Shown here: one piece after another, positions 24,601 to 33,600 of the stretch
How the letters are laid out: each line of letters opens with the position of its first letter
Position numbering within the stretch: position 1 is the first letter of the stretch
Assembly (NCBI GenBank): GCA_002633005.1
Contig: NMRA01000085.1
Location: 784,565 to 848,564 of the forward strand
Direction of reading: 5' to 3'
DNA: 64,000 bases
Source: Phoronis australis
Lineage: Eukaryota > Animalia > Phoronida
Notes under the pieces: model-generated
The model's database searches: none
Seen by the model: only the letters and a program-made list of their open reading frames with translations
Told to the model about the DNA's origin: nothing
Translations under genes and position numbers: made by a program

Positions 24601-27600
24601 TAGTTTTTTACGCTTACCTTTGTATCTTCAAAAGTCCTTAATGGATTATCATGAAATATTGTATGTAAGCACCTATTAGTGAGATGACGCTATCCTCCCC
24701 TTTTGGGATGGATTCGACGTAGTTTGCGCCACCTAGTGGCCATTTTTACTGTTTTCCATTTTTTTTGCGTCTACCCCTCTATCAACCAAACCACTCAAAG
24801 GATGATTGTGAAAATTGGCATGTATGTTCTTACTATGAAGATGACGGTTGAGGATGATTTTCCGATGCTTTTGACTACTGTGGTGCCTCCTAGTGGCAGT
24901 TTTTTTTTGCGCCTATTGCTCTATCTCCTAAACCGTTCTCAGGATCTTTACGAAATTTAGTAAGTTTATTTATATGATGTTCACGACGACGAATTTCGGA
25001 CAGATCTGAATACTGGTGTGCCACCCAGTGGCTATTTTATTTATTTTTTACATTTACATCTGTATCTTCAAAGGTCCTCATCGTATTTTCATAAAATTTG
25101 GCATTTAGGCATCTATTAATGAGATGTCGCTATCTCTCCGTTTTCAGATGAATTCGACCTAGTTTGCACCACCTAGTGGCCATTTTTACTGTTTTTGAGT
25201 TTTTTGACGTCCACTCATCTATCAACCAAACCGGTTTCAGGATAATTGTGAAAATTGGCATGTATGTTTTTACTATGAAGTTGACGGCTGACGATGATTT
25301 TCTGATGACTTTGACTACTGGGGCATCTCCTAGTGGCAGTTTTTTTGAGCTCATGGCTATATCACCTAAATTGTTTGCAGGATCTTTACTTAATTTAGCA
25401 AGACTGTGTATTTTTATATGATGTTGACTACGGATGACGACGACTTTCGGACAGATCTGACTACTGCTGTGCCCCCTAGTGGCAATTTTAGTTTTTTACG
25501 TTTAACTCTGTATCTTCAAAGGTCCTAAACAGATTTTCATAAAATTTTTAATATAGCATCTATTGGTGTGATGACGCTATCTTCCTGTTTTTGGATGGAA
25601 TCGAGGTATTTTGCACCACCTAGTGGCCATTTTTGCTGTTTTCAAATCTTGCTTTTGGCGTCCACCCCTGTATCAACCAAATCATTTGAAAATTAGCATA
25701 TATGTTCTCAGTGTGAAGACGACGTTTGATGAGGGTGACTCACTACTGTAGTGCCTCCTAGAGGTAGTTTTGTTTTGCGCCCATAGTTGTATCTCCTAAA
25801 CCCACTGCAGGATCTTTACTAAATTTAGTAAGTGTATTTATCTGAAGATAACAACAGACGACGACTTTCAGGCGGATCTAACGAACACTGTGCCCACTAG
25901 TGGCAATTTCACTTTATTTTGTTTTTCTTTGTTTCTCTGAAGTTCCTTGACGTATTTTTATGAAATATGGCATGTTCCTGTTTTTGGATGGATTGTATGT
26001 TTTTGCACCATCTAGTGGCCATTTTTATGATACGAATAAATAACCCTAAAAGCACACCATTTGCAATGCATTTGTGGGTGCATTTCAACGCTCCACGTTG
26101 CTCTTGTTGTTTTTTTGAGCGTTTAACCATGGAATTATACCTTTAAATATTGTCTAAGCCAGTTAACAGTCTTTTTCTTTGTCAACTTGAACATTTTGGC
26201 CTTGTCCTTGCAGGTTCAAATCCAGTTCCTTCACAGACTACAGCGCCTTCTGGTCCCAGTGGACCTCAACCAACTGGGCCCCCTGGTGGAGGTGTTAGTC
26301 GATTTTCTCTGAAAGCAAGAGGTATTACTAAACGTGAACTAAAAATTTGAATTTCATTAATGAGCATTCCTAGTTTCTTTACTAAGTTTTTATAAGGTTT
26401 TAAAATATTCTGTTAAATATACATGTATGTTTTGTGGGCCTTTGATAATTGAGAATTTGTTCTTCATAAGAGTTCCATATCAAGCAACTGAGATTTAATC
26501 TAAATGATGAGTTGTTGCCAATTATTTTTCACTATTAGAAGACATAGTTGTCGTGATGAGATAATGTTGTTGTGTCTAGTTTAATTTGCCATGTACTGTT
26601 ACGGTAGATGATTGGTGTGTTCAGAGCTGTAGATGTTGCTGGTTTCTGTTAAACTTCTTTTAACGCACCGAAATGCAATTTTCCTAGATATTGTGCGTGA
26701 AACACTATACAGTCTGTACTTATGTGTGATGTATTTATTTCTGTCAGAAAAATTGTGAAAATGTGAACAGCAATGTACGAGAAGTCAGTGGCAGCCATCT
26801 TGAATTTGAAGGAGTCTGTTTTACATTGTTGTACTCTGTCACAACACTGTAATTATGTTTTCTGTCAATTTGTACCAAACCGTTAAGTTCATATCTAACA
26901 ATGTCTGTCTGTTTCAGGGAGGACTCAAAAATATGTCGACGTGTTCAGTGGTAGTAAAGTGTCGTCAACAGCGACCCCTACCTCCCTATTCAACGCCATG
27001 CCTGCTAGCAGCGCCCCCATGCCGTCAAATCTTTTCATCCCTCAAGCCAGTAAGTGTGGTCGCGGATGTTGATAACACTGAGTCTTTGTTTGTAGCTCTC
27101 AGACTTGTAAGTTGTGCATGGTCTAAGCATTTGGTGTCGGCCCTATCGCTTTCTAAACTGAAACATTTCGGGTCCAGCGTGCATCACCCGAATGAAAGTT
27201 GCCAAAATCAAATAGTTATGCTTTAAGCCCCTTGTCAAACCATGCTTGTTCCCAGAATGCCCGAGTTCATCTCAAGGTCTTAATAGAATGGACTTTGGGT
27301 GTGCAGAATTGGGCCTCTTCAGCCAAAAACAAGCTTCAAATGTGACTCCTGTTCAAGGAGTTCTTGCTTGTATTTTGAAATGCACTGATAGTTGCACTCA
27401 GTTGTATCCCAACCTACTGAGAACAACTCACAAAAGTTCACTTGGCTGTTGAATACATTGAAAAGTTCTTTATATTTAAGTCTATGAGTTTTGTACCAGT
27501 TCACGTTTTCACCTATGGGTTCTACAGCTTTTGTCATTGTGAGTGGGTTGGACTGGATGTCATTCTTATAGGTGGTGGGGACATCTATTGATCATCTCGT

Positions 27601-30600
27601 CTACTTGTAGCACACTGCAATGCTGTAGATATCTTGTAAGGCATGTTGAATAGAGACATTGGTCAGTTTAACTTACCAGATATCTACAGCGAACAAGACG
27701 ACAATCAGATGTCCCCTCAGCCTGTAAGGGTGACCTCACACGCCCAAATCACTCACGTCATCAGTTTCGCAAAAGCTTCAGAACCCATAGCCTAAAATGT
27801 TAACTGGTACGTAACACATTGATTATGTATGAGGAAGTTTTCACTATTTTATACTAAGAACAACGAGGTGTGACAGCGCCTTTATTTTTTTTTTGTAAAC
27901 ATGCAGCAATGATGTTGCATCTTGAAAATTGGTTGACAACAGTTTGCAATTTCTGTAATTTCTTGAAATAATCCCATTATCTCGTTTAGCTCAGCAATTT
28001 TCTCCGAGTGCTAAACCTTTTCTTGTACCCTAGCAGTCCCCAGCTTTGGGCATATTCGGAACATTGTAATGCAGAAATTGCCAGTTAGATTCGTATGAAA
28101 CCTTCACATACCATGCTTTATTAGGTGTTCTCCAAAACACTGTTTAGAATTGTGTTACAATGTTCCACTTTTGCAAATGTAGGACTTTAATGATTTTCAC
28201 GAAAAACTCAAAACTTGTACAAAACAAAATGATAATTCGGGAAACTGTAACATACAGTGTTTTTGAGATTTCATCTTGATCATTGTTATCACTCAAAACT
28301 TGGTTATGTTTTGCTCTCAATGTACTTATTAATAATATGTTACTCCTTTACTAAATTTTACATGGTCCAATGAAAGGCATGGTGGTATAAAGTCAAAAAT
28401 AAAATTCCACAAGTTTTCCGCTTTCAGAAAAATATATTCTGTTACCGAGGAGAAGTCCATAGTTTTGTAATTGTTTTGCTAAATACAGACTTGTCGACGA
28501 GATCTTACGCAACCGTAATGTTTGTCATCCGGTTTGCACTAACTGCTACAAACTTGTGCTTTCAGTTGGTGGAAGTGGGGAGGTAGAACAACCACAAGAG
28601 GGCAGTGCTGAGAACCCAGATGACAATGTAAGTTTAGTGCCATGTGCGCATGTGTAATCGTGTTTTCTCTTGAGGAATGGTTGTGTCGTACTAGGATTTG
28701 TGTTGTGGTTTGCATAGATGAGTGTACGTTACGGTAATTATCCACGTATATCGCACAAAATAAATTGAGTATAATTTCGTGATAATGAGGGTACTCCAAA
28801 TAAAGTGAATATACCGACTTGGTTGTTAAGGGTGTGTGAAATGAACTGAGTAACCAGCATCGCCAACTGTCCGTGTTTGAATTTAATGAAATGCAACATT
28901 TGGTTTGTCAAGGTGATCCAATCCAGTTAAGAGTTGTAATGAATTACGTTTTAATCCTTGTCCATTACAACAGTACTTTACTCCAACACTATTTGATATT
29001 TTGCCAAGTGCACAGCTGAGTGGGTGCAAGTTAGGCGAGGCAAGAAATTCCCCACCTGGTTAAAAGCCTCGTGCGAATAAATGAGGAACAAATATAATTT
29101 TTACAAGTAATTTTGAGCGTGCGAATTAAGGTGGGTGTGCGAAATAGGTGGAGAATTACAGTAGCTTGTAAATGTAAATAAATGTTTTATGTGATGAAAA
29201 TTAAGTGTGCTCAAGGTTGTAAATGAAAATGTTTTAGGTGACATAGTACTAAGAGCAACCAAACACTGAGAACCAGTTGTATGTCTTGTCTGTTGTTAGT
29301 TTTAAGTAGTAAACACCAGATGTCTCTGGATATACCTGTGCTAAAGGGTCTGAAATTGTGCTTGTTATTTGTTAAATTAAAATAAGTTTACAAAAAAAGC
29401 TTTTGATTTTGAGTGGTTGTAGGCCATTGTCATTATTACTGTGTGTAAATATTATCTGTAAATGAGTCTCTCTGTACATGAAATCACGATATCGCTTTGA
29501 GGGTTTAAAGGATTATGATCTTCACTCGCGGTATTATGATGGGTAACAGTCACTTACATGGGTCTTGCATTTTGAGAATTAGTCTCCGCTGCTGAATAAC
29601 CGGCATCAACCTTGTTCTCAAAATCCGGGGCCCCATAGGCAGTAGTCGCATACTGAGGTATTGTATTTTGATAAATTTTTATTCTGCAACTAGTTATTCA
29701 TCAGTACTAAGAGTGTGTGTAAGAGCAAATTTTTATGCTATGGGTGTATTTTTCTCATGCCTTTAACAATATTCCTCAGATTTTTGTGGAATAGGTTGCA
29801 AAGAATAGGAATTCATGGCAATGGTTTAATATTGATGAAAAGCTTGACGTATTGAAAGGTTAGAGTATGTGGATGAACTTTGTGGGTTAACAGTGAGACT
29901 TACTCTTCATTTAAAATATTGGTACACGTCGGGTATAATCTTAGTCCTTTTTTATTTATTGTGAGCCTGGATGGCATTGATGTCTGGTGAAAACAGTGGA
30001 ATTTGAATGTTGTTACATGCCAATGATATGGTTGGGGACGCAGGAACTGCATTTAAATTAGAGCAATAGATACTGTCTAGATTGAGGTATGAAAGTTAAT
30101 TTAGAAAAATGAAAATAATGGTATTTAGATAGGATTTCCCACTGAGAAAGTATGGAAAATGGTATTTTGGGAGTGACAAAATTGAGGCCATCTCATCGTA
30201 TAAGTGCCTGCGTGTTTGCTTACTCTTAAGCTTGTCTGAACACAAGCAATGGAAATGTTGTTTCATCGGGCACAAAAATCTAGTTTTTCGCTCAAACAAC
30301 AGTCATTCAAAATGTTGTCGACTCTCAACGAAGATTGCACTGGAGATCTTTTGATAAAGTGTTATGCCCAATCACTAGCTATGGCAGTAAGGTTTGTGGA
30401 TTAAAGGAATAGTATCGAGTGTGTGCAATTGAAATTCTGTAAGCTACTGTTGGGGTTTGAAAGTAACTACTCAAATTGTGGTGTTCTGGGAGAACTGAGA
30501 ATATGTTTAACTTAAGTTAAAGCAGTTAAAAATGTCATCATATTGCAATCCAAAACTGGTATGTGACATGCGTGTCACATTGGACTAGGCGGGTAGGACA

Positions 30601-33600
30601 AATTGGCCTTCATCTGTCAGGAATTTGTTGCGAAGATATGGTTTTGGAATGGTATGGTACAATCAGAGATTTGGCTGTGAAACGTCATTTCTTGTCGTTT
30701 TTGAGTAGCCAATTAGAGAGTTTTTTTGTAAGACTGCACCATTGCTGNTCAACGAAGATTGCACTCGAGATCTTTTGATAAAGTGTTATGCCCAATCACT
30801 AGCTATGGTAGTAAGGTTTGTGGATTAAAGGAATAGTAGTGAGTGTGTGCAACTGAAATTCTGTAGACTACTGTTGGGGTTTGAAAGTAACTAGTACTCG
30901 AATTGTGGTGTTCTGGGAGAACTGAGAATATGTTTAACTTAAGTTAAAGCAGTTAAAAATGTCATCATATTGCAATCCAAAACTGGTATGTGTCATGCTT
31001 GTCACATCGGACTAGGCGGGTAGGACAAATTGGCCTTCATCTGTCAGGAATTTGTTGCGAAGATATGGTTTTGGAATGGTATGGTACAATCAGAGATTTG
31101 GCTGTGAAACGTCATTTCTTGTCGTTTTTGAGTAGCCAATTAGAGATCGTTTTTTGTAAGACTGCACCATTGCTGTGGAGAATAGGTTAAAACTTGGAAC
31201 ATATTCCTAATTTGAAATTGGCTTAGAAATGTTATCCTACTTGTTGCTTGTCATTCAACTATGACTTTATGACTTTATGATTACTAGTAGACCAACGCAC
31301 TAATAATAGAGAAGGTAGACATACCTTGTAGGTCAGAAGTACCATGTGTACTGCTTCTGTATGTCACAGTTTGAGGATGAATATCATTTTATTTTTGTTT
31401 GTAACAAATACTATTCTCTGAGTACTGCTTTTATAATTGAGTCCTGCTGGTGTTAACCAAAAAGGTAACAATCTTCGAAATATTAATTAAAATATGGAAA
31501 GCCACTGCTCAAATTAAGCATTTGAAATTTGTTTTTCACACTACTGCCCTCCATGAGAAGTTGTTCAGTGCTGTTTTGTAATTATACGTTTCATGTTGGC
31601 CAATTCCTTAAATGTTCTTAAGAAATGATTGATTGATTGAAATGGTCTTCAATGGTGATTTATGGTAATCTTATCCTAGGCTACCCTGCAATATAATGCT
31701 TTGTCTTGAGAACCGTGTGCAGGGACTTCATAGAGGGGCTCCAAACGAGTGCTGTTTAGGTTACATTTTTTTTTTAATAATTTTTGGTGTTGCATGCGGC
31801 ACGTGTGTGCTGTAGTCCCTGCATGGTGCCTCTGGTTTTTTTCTCATTCGGTGCCCGTCTCGTTGACAGATCTCGCGCTGCAGTTCTCTCGCCTCCTTCG
31901 AAGTGTCCCAGATCACTCAGCAGGTACCCGTCTCCGCGTAGGGCATGCTTCTTGCTTGACCACACCCTCTCTGTGTATCTCTCGGCTTCCTCTCACGTTT
32001 GAAATTAACCTGCGTTGTCTTTGTATGATTAATGAATAAACAATAATCATAATAATAAACAATAATCATTTCTACAATGTTTATTTAATCATAGACTATA
32101 GTACACAAACCTCCAACTCTGTATTTTCTCAATACATAAAATCTGTAATCTTGTGTGCAAGCCATGACTTCAGTATTGGCTACAACTAGCAGCAGCTGGT
32201 GTGATGCATGTTTTTTTCTTCTGGCTGATATGTCTTCTGCTTACTGACCGGAAAGTGGCGCCTCCTGTGGGAATTTCATATTAAGAAAATGTCAGAGTTG
32301 CGAATCTGTTGTCTATGATCTATGGTTTAATTTACACTACTGGTTTGAATAATTGAATGGACCAAGAGTTTTGGTGTGAATATGCGTTAGAAAAAATATT
32401 TTGTTTATTTTTTCAATTTTTTTATGTGACTGTTAGTCGTATTTGCAGCAAGTTATGTGGTTATGTGTTAAAATGGATACTTAGACCACATTTTGGAATG
32501 AAAATTTACACTTCAGTGTATAGTAAAAGATAAACTAAGTTGTACTGCCTGCAGTGGGAGATAATTAGAGATTTTAGATAGTGTGGAATATAGTTCTATG
32601 TTTTTGAATGTACAAAAAAGATTTTCATCACAAATGGAAAATCGATACAAGTCTAACTTTTTTTCTGGCAGGTTTCAAGTGGTTAGAGAAATGTCATAGT
32701 GAAGTAAACCTGACTCTATATAAAACTGGTTAGTTCCAATAATTGTCTCGACTTAAATTCGTAGTTTGTTAATGTGCTGGTCCAGTCTCTTCAAGTCTTG
32801 AGTTTCTGTTTTCTTTGAACAAATTAACACTTCTTGTAGTCATCCCCTCATTAACATTTTATTGTCCATTCCATTAATACTCCGTTAATGTATCTGATGT
32901 AGCCATGTGTTTGAACAGTAGCTGTGCATTTGTATGGCCTCTCTCCGCTGTGCATGTGACAAGCATGTGTATGGTCTCTTTCCACTGCATGTTACTTCCG
33001 TAGTCTTCTGGCGTTTTCTGCGTGTCAGTCTAACTTTTGTGCTGTCGTGACAACCATTGCCAGATATAATATCCATTTTATTCCATTTATTTTGCCGCAC
33101 TTTGCACATTTCTTTTGTAGGTGACTGTACAAAAAACCTTTTTAAGCAGTATCACTGCATGGAAATTGAGAGAGTTAAAAAAATGTGGTAAACAGTCTTT
33201 GTAACTGGCAGATAAGCATTAGATAAGCAAATTACGTTTCAACACAGCCTTCAAGTTTGCATAGAATGTTCTCTCTTTTAGAATGAAACGGACAAAGCAA
33301 TGAATTCACTGTCTTGGATTGTGTTTCAAGAACTTGTCTGCTAATTTTCATTTCTTTTTTATTCTGTGTGGTGTGGTGTTCACAAAACATGTAATATGGA
33401 ACTATGAGATTCTTGAACTAACAGATTGAAGGTCAGCAGTTTTTGACCCTCTGTCTGGTGTTCATTTAACTCTGCAACTATTTCTCCAGGATTTTTTGTC
33501 AGTTTTAAAATCATCAAAACTTGCTATTTCTTATTTTGCCTGTTGAGGGGAACTTAACTGTTTAGATTTGAAAATGATGAAATATTTAAAGGTCGAAAGT

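Noticed and set aside
30563-31190. Duplicated 66-71 aa ORFs
   Set aside because: Intronic, produced by the N-hinged duplication
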